In this document: positions 1-9,132 of the stretch, piece by piece | Layout: every line of letters starts with the position of its first letter | How positions within the stretch are numbered: position 1 is the first letter of the stretch | DNA from: Candidatus Sumerlaeaceae bacterium | Lineage (GTDB): Bacteria > Sumerlaeota > Sumerlaeia > Sumerlaeales > Sumerlaeaceae | Length of the DNA: 64,000 nucleotides | Direction of reading: 5' to 3' | NCBI GenBank assembly: GCA_051003195.1 | Contig: JBPCLP010000003.1 | Coordinates: 1-64,000, forward strand | The notes under the pieces: model-generated | What the model was told of the DNA's origin: nothing | Database searches by the model: none | What the model saw: only the letters and a program-made list of their open reading frames with translations | Translations under genes and position numbers: made by a program

Positions 1-105
1 CGCGCAACTTGCGGATTATTTCGTCCGGCTTGTGCTTCTTTCTCGCCACTTCTCGTCTCCTTTGTTTGCTTTCCAGCAAACCCGGAGACTAACATTCAAC
101 GTGGA

Positions 106-297
106 TCAGTTTTCGGGGGGCATTCCACTTGGAGAGAACCCAAAAACTTCGATTACCATAGCCCAGTTCATCGTCGACCGATACAGCGAAAGTCCCGTCG
201 CAGCCAGGTAGACGTATCCGTTATCCAGCATGGGGAATTTGAAAGTATCGCAACAATTGTCGAGAACAGAAAGGATTTCATCAGAGTCAATTGTCAT
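106..297 (-). pseudogene. Truncated hypothetical protein (FPMLDNGYVY family, immunity-like)
   Basis: N-terminus SDEILSVLDNC..FKFPMLDNGYVYLA..LSLYRS..WAMVIEVFGFSP resembles a longer conserved hypothetical family (recalled as DUF7003, unverified), but the ORF ends after 63 aa. Confidence 0.45.
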
Positions 298-397
298 CGG
301 AAACTTTCATTACAGACACGCATTAATTGCAGCAAATAGTGGAGTGGTTGGCTCTTACAAGTATTAGATGGATTCCATAGCCGCGTAATTAGTTTGT

Positions 398-871
398 TCA
401 CATCACGTGAAGGTCCAAAAATTCTAGGCTCAGGAAATCGTCACCCAGTTTCTTAATGCAAAAGCGAGCTGTCAGGTCGCTTCGATAGCCACAAAGCGGG
501 ACATCATCGTAGTGAACCATGCCCAAGTATTTACTTTGATCTAACCCAAAATGATTTTCCCGATCCACATCGATTTTCTCACGTATTATTTCGTCCCGAT
601 CTTCTCGCCCGATAAGGGTCGTGACTTCAAACTCGCTGACTTCCCAGTGATTAAGCAGGCCCTGAAGCGAGTCAGAATCGATATCAAGCACTCCATAACC
701 GAGGATCACCTTTTCAAGAAGTACTGGCGTCCACTCCATCTCCGCGTTCGCAGACGGAATCATTCCCAATGCTTCTGCGTATCGCTTATGCGCAAGGTGT
801 TCGGACCACTCCACCACCAACTCTTTTATCTGCATATCGTCCGCGGCTACAGGAAGCTGTTTTGGAGTCAT
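398..871 (-). CDS. Hypothetical acidic protein, possible polymorphic-toxin immunity protein
   Basis: 157-aa ORF, lower GC, acidic; C-terminal YDDVPLCGYRSDLTARF resembles the xPLNGxxSDLTA motif of small immunity-like proteins. Confidence 0.55.
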   Translation of the reverse strand: MTPKQLPVAADDMQIKELVVEWSEHLAHKRYAEALGMIPSANAEMEWTPVLLEKVILGYGVLDIDSDSLQGLLNHWEVSEFEVTTLIGREDRDEIIREKIDVDRENHFGLDQSKYLGMVHYDDVPLCGYRSDLTARFCIKKLGDDFLSLEFLDLHVM

Positions 872-1509
872 TCAAGCCAGATGTTCGTTCCGACACTGAC
901 AGCGCAACGAATTTGATATTGGTCGTTGCCTGTAGGTCTGATTTTTGATTATAAATCTGCTGATGAACAGTGGCCGGTGTTGCCCAATTTGCAGACATCA
1001 ACGAGCATCCCGGCGGGGCACTCGGCATTAAAGTGGTACAAGCGAAACGTCGCAAACACGCAGACCCCGCATGGAATAAGGGGATGGTTGGTACCCGGTA
1101 TCCGGTACGAACCTCTGGGTACACTCTTTTGAAGTGGCAAATTTCGGAAGAGCGACGATCCAGGTTTGTGAGAGTTTATGAAATTGGACGATTTCCTTAG
1201 AACGCGGGTACGTTAGCGGGGCAGTTGCAGTAGGTCCACGATTGCTCTTTGGCAGGTCTGCGTGAGCTTGTTGCTGCTGTGTGACACGTCATCAACGGTA
1301 ATCATTCGCCAGCGCGGACTTAATTTGTTATCCCTCGCAAGTTTCTTCATATCTTCCAGATAAGCGCGGGCGACGCCGGCTCGTAAGTGGAAACATCTTG
1401 ACACCGCAGCCACCACACGAACATTCTGCACACTCCGAATCGGGGGCTCTACCTTGGTAAAAGCGCAGAGTGGCATTTCACTCTCCACCAACAAAAGGAA
1501 AACACAATA

Positions 1510-1686
1510 ATGAAAAACTCCGGTAAAGCTCCAACGATGGTTGTATGGGTTATTTCTCTGGTTCTGTTTCTCGTTGCGCTTGCTGCGCATTTTGGTCTGG
1601 TCAAAATTGGCGAGCCGCTTGCGACATGGTCCTGGATCGTCGGTTTCGCACTCGTGTTGATCGCGTGCCGGGTTCGGGGTCTTTAG
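1510..1686 (+). CDS. Small two-TM membrane protein (58 aa, below ORF-track cutoff)
   Basis: MKNSGKAPTMVVWVISLVLFLVALAAHFGLVKIGEPLATWSWIVGFALVLIACRVRGL; AAGGA RBS upstream; terminator hairpin downstream. Confidence 0.75.
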   Translation: MKNSGKAPTMVVWVISLVLFLVALAAHFGLVKIGEPLATWSWIVGFALVLIACRVRGL

Positions 1687-1728
1687 TGTGCCGAGAATCG
1701 CTGTTCGCAAAGACTACGGTAATCTCTT

Positions 1729-1762
1729 AAAAAAGAAGGCGGGGGAAACAACCCCCGCCTTT
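1729..1762. terminator. Intrinsic terminator, possibly bidirectional
   Basis: aaggcggggg-aaacaa-cccccgcctt 10-bp stem preceded by an A run and followed by a short T run. Confidence 0.7.
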
Positions 1763-1881
1763 ACTGACGGACATCTAAAAGTCCATCGGCTGAAGGCAAA
1801 CGCAATGGGTTTGGTTCTGGCTTTTTCGTGCACGTGCACGAACAAAAACGTGCACGTCAATTTTGCCTGGGCAAAATTGAA

Positions 1882-1958
1882 TGGTACCCGGTACGGGATT
1901 CGAACCCGTGATCTTCGCCGTGAGGTGGCGATGTCCTAAACCGCGACATGAACCACCG
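1882..1958 (-). pseudogene. Degenerate tRNA-Glu copy (att-like direct repeat)
   Basis: First 33 nt identical to the 3' end of tRNA-Glu at 2456; similarity continues over about 73 nt, but the acceptor-stem 5' strand is broken and U33 is lost. Confidence 0.85.
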
Positions 1959-1984
1959 ATCGCCAAGCGTCGATTGTACGCACA

Positions 1985-2212
1985 TTACTGCAGCAGTGTT
2001 GTAAATTCCTCTACCGTTAGTCCAGCGTCGCGAATTAGGGAGCGGAGTAAACCACGATCGAGCGTTCGATGCTCGGGAATTGAAAGAGTTTGTGGTTGAC
2101 CAGCCTTACGTAGAACCATGTGGCGGGAACTGCCGGTTCTTACGTATACCCAGCCAGCTCGTTCAAACGCTTTTCGCGCCTCCATTCCGGAGACGACCGG
2201 CAGCTTGGGCAC
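1985..2212 (-). CDS. hicA: HicA family toxin
   Basis: MPKLPVVSG.EA.KAFERAGW..VRTGSSRHMVL...TLSIPEH.TLDRGLLRSLIRDAGLTVEEF, a typical HicA/YcfA sequence. Confidence 0.9.
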   Translation of the reverse strand: MPKLPVVSGMEARKAFERAGWVYVRTGSSRHMVLRKAGQPQTLSIPEHRTLDRGLLRSLIRDAGLTVEEFTTLLQ

Positions 2213-2419
2213 TTACACCGTGACCTCCACCACAAGGGCGTCTTGCGGCGGAGATATCAGATCTGAGCCCAGTGCCTCGATGCATCCACGTATTGCATCC
2301 CGGATGTTTTCGATAGCGGTCTCTAAAGTCTCACCCTGGCTATGACAGCCTGGAATCGCCGGGCAATGGGCGACAAAGCCAAAATCTTCGCCCTTTTCGA
2401 CATACACCTGGTATTGCAT
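2213..2419 (-). CDS. hicB: HicB family antitoxin (short form, no DNA-binding domain)
   Basis: GFVAHCPAIPGCHSQGETLETAIENIRDAI motif; abuts hicA. Confidence 0.9.
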   Translation of the reverse strand: MQYQVYVEKGEDFGFVAHCPAIPGCHSQGETLETAIENIRDAIRGCIEALGSDLISPPQDALVVEVTV

Positions 2420-2455
2420 CGATTCGCTCCCACGCAGTGGGCCCGAGGCGAAGAT

Positions 2456-2532
2456 TGGTACCCGGTACGGGATTCGAACCCGTGATCTCCGCCGTGAGAG
2501 GGCGATGTCCTAAACCGCTAGACGAACCGGGC
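2456..2532 (-). tRNA. tRNA-Glu (CTC)
   Basis: GCCCGGTTCGTCTAGCGGTTTAGGACATCGCCCT-CTC-ACGGCGGAGATCACGGGTTCGAATCCCGTACCGGGTACCA; cloverleaf, GTTCGAAT T-loop, encoded CCA. Confidence 0.95.
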
Positions 2533-2585
2533 ACTCGGGCGTTGCCGGATGCTCTACCGGGAGGTGGGAAGGCTATTCGGAAATA

Positions 2586-2648
2586 GGAATTGTGAACTAC
2601 GAACTGTAAATTGAAGAGCGAAGAGCGAAAACCGAAGAGCCAGGAACC
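2586..2648. repeat. Degenerate heptamer tandem repeat
   Basis: aggaatt gtgaact acgaact gtaaatt gaagagc gaagagc gaaaacc gaagagc caggaac. Confidence 0.55.
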
Positions 2649-2682
2649 GTTGGACAGAGCAGAGGAGAAACCGGAAAAGAAA

Positions 2683-3210
2683 TTAGTGGTCTGAGGGTGG
2701 ACTGGACGGATTGGCGAGCGCGTAGGCCACCACATCATGTCCCCTGAAGCTAAAACCGCGGTCAAAGTGCATGCCAAGCTTTTCCATCACGCGTATAGAG
2801 GCGGTGTTTGCGGGCTGCGCTACGGAGATCACTCGCGGGAAGTGGTACGTTTTGAAGCCGTGTTCGAGTATGGCACCAGCGGCTTCGCTGGCAATGCCCT
2901 GTCCCCAATACTCCGGCCGCAGCCACCAGCCGATTTCAACTTCCGGCAGGAAAGCATCGTTGAACCCGCAGAACCCGACGAACTTTTTATCCGCAATATG
3001 CTCCAGCGGCCAGAGGAGCCATCCCCGCGTTTCAGCTGCTTTGATGCCGCCATTTACGAATTGCTGCACGCGCTCATCGGACCACGCTTCGCCGCTGCCG
3101 ATGTAGTGCAACACGCGCGGGTCGGTGGCGAGAACTTTAAACTCCAGCCAATCTTCCGGCGTCCATTGGCGAACGATCAGGCGTCGTGTCTTTAAGACAA
3201 CGCCCGTCAT
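2683..3210 (-). CDS. GNAT N-acetyltransferase (RimJ/RimL family)
   Basis: LKTRRLIVRQW, EVEIGWWLRPEYWGQGIASEAA, NTASIRVMEKLGM. Confidence 0.92.
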   Translation of the reverse strand: MTGVVLKTRRLIVRQWTPEDWLEFKVLATDPRVLHYIGSGEAWSDERVQQFVNGGIKAAETRGWLLWPLEHIADKKFVGFCGFNDAFLPEVEIGWWLRPEYWGQGIASEAAGAILEHGFKTYHFPRVISVAQPANTASIRVMEKLGMHFDRGFSFRGHDVVAYALANPSSPPSDH

Positions 3211-3216
3211 GCGGGA

Positions 3217-3993
3217 TCAAAGACCATTGGATGTTGGGTTCGCGGGTGCGGTTCCGCCGAGGCACCACTCGAAGCGCGTGCCCTGCAACTTGCGCTCGAC
3301 AGCCTCATAGTTGGAGAGCACCTCCCGCAAATTATCCGAGGTCAGCTTTACCAGGTCGGATTGCAGTTCGGGTACCGTGTTGATATCGAGGAATTCCAGC
3401 AGCCGCCGAAGCTCGCCCTGTTTATCGAAGACAAAATCTTCGTAGCTCACGCGGATGTACGGCATGCCTGCGCACTCGCGGGCCCACTGCTCGTTTTCGG
3501 CATCCAGCCGTTCCAGATCACGCAGCAGCCTGTCTTCGCGCAACGTGATACTCGTCTTACCGATCGCTTTTGTGCTGCTGGATACTTTTGTTTTTCTTTT
3601 CACAGTGCGCGAAATGAGGGTCTTGAGCACATTCTGCCGCACCACATGAATGACGCGCGCGTCGTGGCGGCGCAGGTATTCCATGACCATCGGGAAGGTG
3701 TGGGACTGCGACAGCATCAGCTTAAATCCGATTGCCGCGAAACCTGGCGTCGCGTAAAGTTCATCCAGGTAGCGCTGTACCGTGCTTTTCCGTGCGAACA
3801 TATCCTGGATGCGGAGCAGAGGCCGCGCGTCCAGGTACTTGCGGTAGCCGAACTCGTTGCCATGCGTCGCAAGAAAGCGTCCCTTGAAGTTAAACGCTTC
3901 TCCAATACAGCGCACGTCGGGGTGCTTGTTCAGTGTTGTTCGAATCAGCGTGGTGCCGGTTCGCCGGATGCCGGCTACCATGAATCTGACCAT
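3217..3993 (-). CDS. Sulfotransferase (Stf0-like)
   Basis: PAPS-binding RRTGTTL..TLNKHP, IGFKLM, IHVVRQNVL, VSYEDF. Confidence 0.85.
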   Translation of the reverse strand: MVRFMVAGIRRTGTTLIRTTLNKHPDVRCIGEAFNFKGRFLATHGNEFGYRKYLDARPLLRIQDMFARKSTVQRYLDELYATPGFAAIGFKLMLSQSHTFPMVMEYLRRHDARVIHVVRQNVLKTLISRTVKRKTKVSSSTKAIGKTSITLREDRLLRDLERLDAENEQWARECAGMPYIRVSYEDFVFDKQGELRRLLEFLDINTVPELQSDLVKLTSDNLREVLSNYEAVERKLQGTRFEWCLGGTAPANPTSNGL

Positions 3994-4119
3994 GAAAGAG
4001 TGTTACCTGCATTTAGAAGTAGTGTTACCCGCTTGTAGTCACTTTTACACGCTCTCATTCAAGCAGCTTCTGACCTTGCAGTCTGGGAGTAGTTGGCAAG
4101 TAGCGGGAGTCGGACCGGT

Positions 4120-5235
4120 TCAAGAGCTCTTCGAGTGGAGATGGCCCTCTTCTTTTCCTTCGGTTTCGCGCCGCAACTGTTCTTCCACCATTTCTTGAGC
4201 GTTCAAATGATCCTCAGGGTGAGTGTCTGGTTCCTGCTGTTCCATGCGAGCTTCCGGCTCGCAACTCAGTTCGATGAGAACGGGGAAATGATCTGACCCC
4301 ACGTGCCCGAGTATCCGCAGCTCGACCAATTTAAACTCATTGGAATGGAAAACGTGATCCAGCGGCCAGCGAAAGATGCGGCTATTTGCATTGAAACTGC
4401 TGAAGAGGCCGCGGCCCATACGCGGATCCAGTAACTTGCTGAGGCGCAGGAACAATTGTGTCGTGTAAGACCACGCAACATCGTTCAGGTCGCCACATAC
4501 AATCGTCGGCTGCTCCCGCTCTCGCTCTCCGATCTGACGGCCGAGAATTACCAGCTCCGCATCACGTGGAGCGGAATCCTGGGCGTTGACCGGCTCTGGC
4601 GGTCTCGGATGCAGCGCGTGAATGTCGACCGCATGGTTATCCCGCAATCGAAGCGTGGCATGTATAGATGGGACATCCTGTTGCACAACATAGCACACTT
4701 CAGGTTGCGTTATAAACTCCAGGCGTGAGTAGAAGATCATGCCGTAGGTGTTGTCGAGGGGCACCAGCTCTTTGTGTGGATAGTGCTGGTCAAGCGACTG
4801 CAGCGCATCCGTCCAGCATTGGTCTGTTTCCAGGGCGACAATGATGTCGGGATCGCTTGTGCGCGCAATGGCGAGCCACTTGTCATACTCGCGATTATTC
4901 TGAAGAACATTTGATATGAGGATGCGCAATCGCTGGCCATCGTCCGCCTTCGTGGACTGCTGCACCGTCTTAGTGGCCGCGGGCGTATAAGGGTAGATCA
5001 TGTAGAGCTGTCGCGTTATCACGAATGCCAGCCCGGACAGCAGCAGCCATTTTAACGAGTCTTGTGTGGAGATGCCGGCGTAAAGAATAGCCACACAGGC
5101 CGCGACAATCGCAGTCAGGGTTCTCGGGAAATCCCATGCCCGTATGTACCAGTGCGGATGTTTGCTGAAGTTCAGCAGTGTTCCGCTGATAAGCCATACG
5201 GCCGCCACTGCCAGGATAATTTCAACTATGAACAT
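4120..5235 (-). CDS. Endonuclease/exonuclease/phosphatase family membrane protein (YafD-like)
   Basis: N-terminal TM helices with WYIRAWDFPR; SNVLQ, ALETD, GDLND, PLDHVF and SDHFP motifs; start placed at MFIVE. Confidence 0.9.
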   Translation of the reverse strand: MFIVEIILAVAAVWLISGTLLNFSKHPHWYIRAWDFPRTLTAIVAACVAILYAGISTQDSLKWLLLSGLAFVITRQLYMIYPYTPAATKTVQQSTKADDGQRLRILISNVLQNNREYDKWLAIARTSDPDIIVALETDQCWTDALQSLDQHYPHKELVPLDNTYGMIFYSRLEFITQPEVCYVVQQDVPSIHATLRLRDNHAVDIHALHPRPPEPVNAQDSAPRDAELVILGRQIGEREREQPTIVCGDLNDVAWSYTTQLFLRLSKLLDPRMGRGLFSSFNANSRIFRWPLDHVFHSNEFKLVELRILGHVGSDHFPVLIELSCEPEARMEQQEPDTHPEDHLNAQEMVEEQLRRETEGKEEGHLHSKSS

Positions 5236-5445
5236 GCACTGAATCTCAGAAGCCAAATCGCGGAAGCGAGAGAATTGATTTGCGGTGGCGCCGAAGAACC
5301 CCAGGATTAATACATGCGTTGAATCAAGCTCCAAGGAGCAGGCAGATAGACGCCTGGCCTGCTGAGGGGAAATCAGGGACCTGCTCCTGGTAACAGTCAG
5401 CCCCTCGAAGCGAGCGGAATGCGTTCACGCAAGCGTGGTATACAC

Positions 5446-5543
5446 TTAACTCGTATTCGGTTCTGTGTGCCCAACGAGCGCAGAATTATGGTGAACCGTG
5501 AGTAAGAACTTCTGGTCGGCACACAGAACCGAATACGAATTAA
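5446..5543. mobile_element. MITE-like palindromic element, copy 1
   Basis: 26-bp inverted repeats ttaactcgtattcggttctgtgtgcc / ggcacacagaaccgaatacgaattaa (1 mismatch). Confidence 0.7.
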
Positions 5544-5580
5544 CGGTAAACCACAGCAGGGGTGTACTTGCAGAGCGCAT

Positions 5581-5652
5581 GGCCCGGTAGTTCAACGGAT
5601 AGAACGTAGGTTTCCTAAACCTTTGATAGAGGTTCGATTCCTCTCCGGGCTA
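5581..5652 (+). tRNA. tRNA-Arg (CCT), CCA not encoded
   Basis: GGCCCGGTAGTTCAACGGATAGAACGTAGGTTT-CCT-AAACCTTTGATAGAGGTTCGATTCCTCTCCGGGCTA cloverleaf. Confidence 0.93.
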
Positions 5653-5821
5653 CTTTATACTTCGGATGCCTCATCATTAGAATTGCTCGCGCAGCGCATC
5701 GGCAAAGTTGAGAGAGACTTGCAAAAAAGTGCATTTTAAACGGGGATTGCTCTGCGGATATGCGGAATGAGAGTTGCCCGGCCACAGTAGCTGTGTTTCT
5801 AGGATTTTCGGACGGAGTAAG

Positions 5822-7027
5822 ATGGCTAAACGCGCGATTATAATTGTTCTGGATGGGGTGGGTATCGGCGAACTGCCAGACGCCGCGGAATTCGGCGATG
5901 TCGGCAGCAATACGCTGGGTAACTTATCCCACGCTTTCGCAGACGGGCTGCACCTTCCCAACATGGGAAAACTCGGGCTGGGCAACATTGCAACGATTCG
6001 CGGCGTCCCGGCTGACCCGATGGCGGTTGGCGCATGGGGCAAATGCGCCGAGGCAAGCCGCGGCAAGGACACGACGACGGGACACTGGGAAATCGCCGGC
6101 ATTATTTCCAGCACGCCATTTCCTACTTACCCCCATGGTTTTCCGGACGCTGTGATCCGCGCAGTCGAAGAACGAATCGGCGTGGGTACGCTGGGAAACG
6201 TGGTCGCAAGCGGCACGGAGATCATCCAGTTGCTGGGCGATGCTCACATGGCCACTGGCAAACTCATCGTCTATACCTCAGCCGACAGCGTGTTCCAGCT
6301 GGCGGCACACGAAGACGTGATTCCAGTCGAGCAGCTTTACTTCATGTGCCTGGCCGCACGGCGGATACTGGATGGTGAACACCGCGTGGGCCGCGTAATT
6401 GCACGACCATTTACCGGCACATCCGGAAACTACAAACGAAGCAGGAACCGCCAGGATTTTTCGGTGCCGCCGACAGAGCTCACCGTATTGGATCGCTTAA
6501 AAGACGCCGGCTATGAGACCATTGGCATCGGTAAGATCGGTGACATCTTCGACCATCGAGGCTTGACCCAGGAACTCCACACGAAGAGCAACGAAGAGGG
6601 AATCCTCACGACGCTCATCCAGATCAACGAAAGCAGGGAAGGTCTCATTTTCACAAATCTAGTGGACACCGACATGATCTTCGGTCACCGGAACGACATC
6701 AAAGGCTTTAAAGGAGCCCTTGAGTATTTTGACAAATTCCTGCCAAAAATCATGCAGGCGCTGCACAAGGACGACCTTCTGATTATTACGGCGGACCACG
6801 GCGTCGACCCAACAACGGCGAGCACCGACCACAGCCGCGAGTACGCACCGCTGCTGGTTTACAACCGGCAGATGCAGGCCGGTATCGACCTAGGCGTTCG
6901 CACGACTTTCGCCGACACGGCGGCGAGCATCCTGGAGTTCTTTGGTCTCCACGGCGGTGGCTCGGGCACCAGTTACCTCAACGAAGTCCTGCCAACCAGG
7001 GCCGTGGCAGCGGCAGGGAAGCAGTAG
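5822..7027 (+). CDS. deoB: Phosphopentomutase
   Basis: [73 protein letters not shown]. Confidence 0.97.
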   Translation: MAKRAIIIVLDGVGIGELPDAAEFGDVGSNTLGNLSHAFADGLHLPNMGKLGLGNIATIRGVPADPMAVGAWGKCAEASRGKDTTTGHWEIAGIISSTPFPTYPHGFPDAVIRAVEERIGVGTLGNVVASGTEIIQLLGDAHMATGKLIVYTSADSVFQLAAHEDVIPVEQLYFMCLAARRILDGEHRVGRVIARPFTGTSGNYKRSRNRQDFSVPPTELTVLDRLKDAGYETIGIGKIGDIFDHRGLTQELHTKSNEEGILTTLIQINESREGLIFTNLVDTDMIFGHRNDIKGFKGALEYFDKFLPKIMQALHKDDLLIITADHGVDPTTASTDHSREYAPLLVYNRQMQAGIDLGVRTTFADTAASILEFFGLHGGGSGTSYLNEVLPTRAVAAAGKQ

Positions 7028-7045
7028 AGAGCAGGCATCTCGCAC

Positions 7046-7735
7046 GTGCGAGGACTCGACTCTCTTCCCGTTGAGCTGCAGGAGAAGTTTGCCGCGCTCT
7101 CGCATTTGTTGCTCGAGGGACAAAAGCGGCTGAACCTGACCGCGATCAAAGAACCGGCAGCGATCAAACGACTGCATTTCCTCGATTCGCTGGCAGGTCT
7201 CGAGGCCTTTCCAGAACTCATGACCGTAACCCACGCGGCAGACGTTGGTTCCGGCGCCGGTTTCCCTCTCTTGCCACTGGCAATCCTCACGCCCGGGTGC
7301 CATTGGATCGCGCTGGAATCCGTGGCCAAGAAAGCGCGCTTCATTGAAGAAACGGCGCAGGCGCTTGGGCTTACAAATGTCGAGGCGCGGCCCTTGCGCG
7401 CAGAAGATGCCGCGCGCACGGAACTGCGCGGCAGCCAGGACGTGGTCACGGCGCGCGCGGTGGGTCCCGTAGCATCCTTGTGCGAAGTGGGCCTGCCATT
7501 GTTGAAACCCGGCGGCACGCTTCTCCTGTATAAAACGGAAACAGCGCTGGCCGAAACAGCAGCTCTGCAATCAAGCATTGCCGAATTGGGCGGCACTGCG
7601 CTGCCAGCTTACCGATACCGACTCGAAGGCGATCTGCAGCAGCGCGTAATCCTGCGTCTTTGCAAAACGGCAGAAACTCCGGAAAAGTATCCCCGCGCCG
7701 CGGGGGTGCCCTTCAAAAAGCCGCTCAGCGCTTAG
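7046..7735 (+). CDS. rsmG: 16S rRNA (guanine(527)-N7)-methyltransferase
   Basis: NLTAI..HFLDSL, DVGSGAGFP, KKARF, VVTARAV, TPEKYPR. Confidence 0.95.
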   Translation: MRGLDSLPVELQEKFAALSHLLLEGQKRLNLTAIKEPAAIKRLHFLDSLAGLEAFPELMTVTHAADVGSGAGFPLLPLAILTPGCHWIALESVAKKARFIEETAQALGLTNVEARPLRAEDAARTELRGSQDVVTARAVGPVASLCEVGLPLLKPGGTLLLYKTETALAETAALQSSIAELGGTALPAYRYRLEGDLQQRVILRLCKTAETPEKYPRAAGVPFKKPLSA

Positions 7736-7748
7736 CCGGTTGCGATAG

Positions 7749-9023
7749 TTGACAGCGCCTCTGAGCCCTCGTCAGCATAGCGATCCTGTGGAACGCATCC
7801 GAACTCTTCATATCACGCCCAGCGTCCGTCTCCTGGGTGCGCGTCGCAGTCTGCTCACGCTGGTGAAGCACCTGGCAGGAACCCGCGTGGAGCCGCTTGT
7901 TCTCGTTCCCTCCCGCGGCGGACTGACGGAGGAGCTCGATCGGCTGCGTCTGCGATACGAAGTGCTCAAGTTGCCACCCTGGCGCAAAGGCGCATCCTGG
8001 TTTTCAATGCCGGGACAAATCACCGCACTGCGCCAGCTTCTCGAGCGTGAGAAAATCGATCTCGTGCACTGCAACGAGATTTATCCGAACCCCCATGCAA
8101 TTGTGGCAGCCGGCCAGGGAAGTGTGCGTCGCGAACTGCTGGTGCGTGCTCTGCACCAGCGCGCGCTTCGACCGATGCGCATTCCCGTCGTCACACACAT
8201 GCGGTTATCCGTCACGCCTCGAATGGTGCGTAATTACTGGCTGCCGGAATCCACCCGTCTCATCGCGGTCTCGCACGGTGCCGCAGCAGATTTCGACCCG
8301 TTCCCCTGGAAGTCGGAGCGTGTGCGCGTGGTGCACAATGGCATCGACCTGGAAGCGTTCGAGCAGAGCCGGCAGCATCGCACAGCCATTCGCGAAGAAC
8401 TTGGATTTGCAGAGCACGATTTCATTATAGGTCAGTTCGGGCTGATGATGCCGCGCAAGCGACCCCGTTTCCTGATCGAAGCGGCACCCGCGATTCTCGA
8501 GCAGATCCCAGATGCACGGTTCCTTTTCATCGGCGACTCCAGCCCCGGGCACGAGTCCTACCTTGAGCAACTGCAGATCCTCGCGGAAGACCTGGCCGTG
8601 CAGCATGCCGTGCGTTTCGTTCCTTTTCAAAAAGATATCGCGCGGTTTTTTGGCGCGCTCGATCTCAACATGCTGGTCAGCGACGACGAGGGCTTCGGGC
8701 GTGTGGTGGTCGAGGCAGGTGCGGCAGGTGTGCCAACCATCGGCAGCCGCGTTGGCGGAATTCCAGAACTCATCAGGGATGGCGAAACCGGCTATCTGAT
8801 CGGCGGACCGGGCATGAACGACGACGAGTTCCGGGCGGAGCGGCCTCGCCTGATCGAACTGGTCGCTCTGCTTGCAGGCAATTCTGAGTTCTACATGCAG
8901 ATGTCACGTGCGGCGCACGCCTACGCGACACAAAACTTTTCTGCTGAGGAGTACGTGCGGAATGTCGTACGCGTGTTTGACGAGGCGATCCAGGAATTTC
9001 GCGACCGCGAGGATTTCTGGTAG
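7749..9023 (+). CDS. Glycosyltransferase family 4
   Basis: VVHNGID, EGFGRVVVEAGAAGVPTIGSRVGGIPELI. Confidence 0.93.
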   Translation: MTAPLSPRQHSDPVERIRTLHITPSVRLLGARRSLLTLVKHLAGTRVEPLVLVPSRGGLTEELDRLRLRYEVLKLPPWRKGASWFSMPGQITALRQLLEREKIDLVHCNEIYPNPHAIVAAGQGSVRRELLVRALHQRALRPMRIPVVTHMRLSVTPRMVRNYWLPESTRLIAVSHGAAADFDPFPWKSERVRVVHNGIDLEAFEQSRQHRTAIREELGFAEHDFIIGQFGLMMPRKRPRFLIEAAPAILEQIPDARFLFIGDSSPGHESYLEQLQILAEDLAVQHAVRFVPFQKDIARFFGALDLNMLVSDDEGFGRVVVEAGAAGVPTIGSRVGGIPELIRDGETGYLIGGPGMNDDEFRAERPRLIELVALLAGNSEFYMQMSRAAHAYATQNFSAEEYVRNVVRVFDEAIQEFRDREDFW

Positions 9024-9072
9024 CCAGTTAACTCGGTTACGTCCACAATTGCCGCCGGGATACAAAGAAAGA

Positions 9073-9098
9073 GGGCGGCGAACTTTCGTTCGCCGCCC
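9073..9098 (-). terminator. Intrinsic terminator between convergent genes
   Basis: gggcggcgaac-tttc-gttcgccgccc 11-bp stem; A-rich tract on its left gives a U tract on the minus strand. Confidence 0.75.
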
Positions 9099-9132
9099 GT
9101 CACTGTACTGTTTTGAACCGCAATGTGGTACG

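Noticed and set aside
1089..1100. 12-nt match (tggtacccggta) to the tRNA-Glu 3' end as a third att site
   Set aside because: Similarity stops before the T-arm; too short to distinguish from chance
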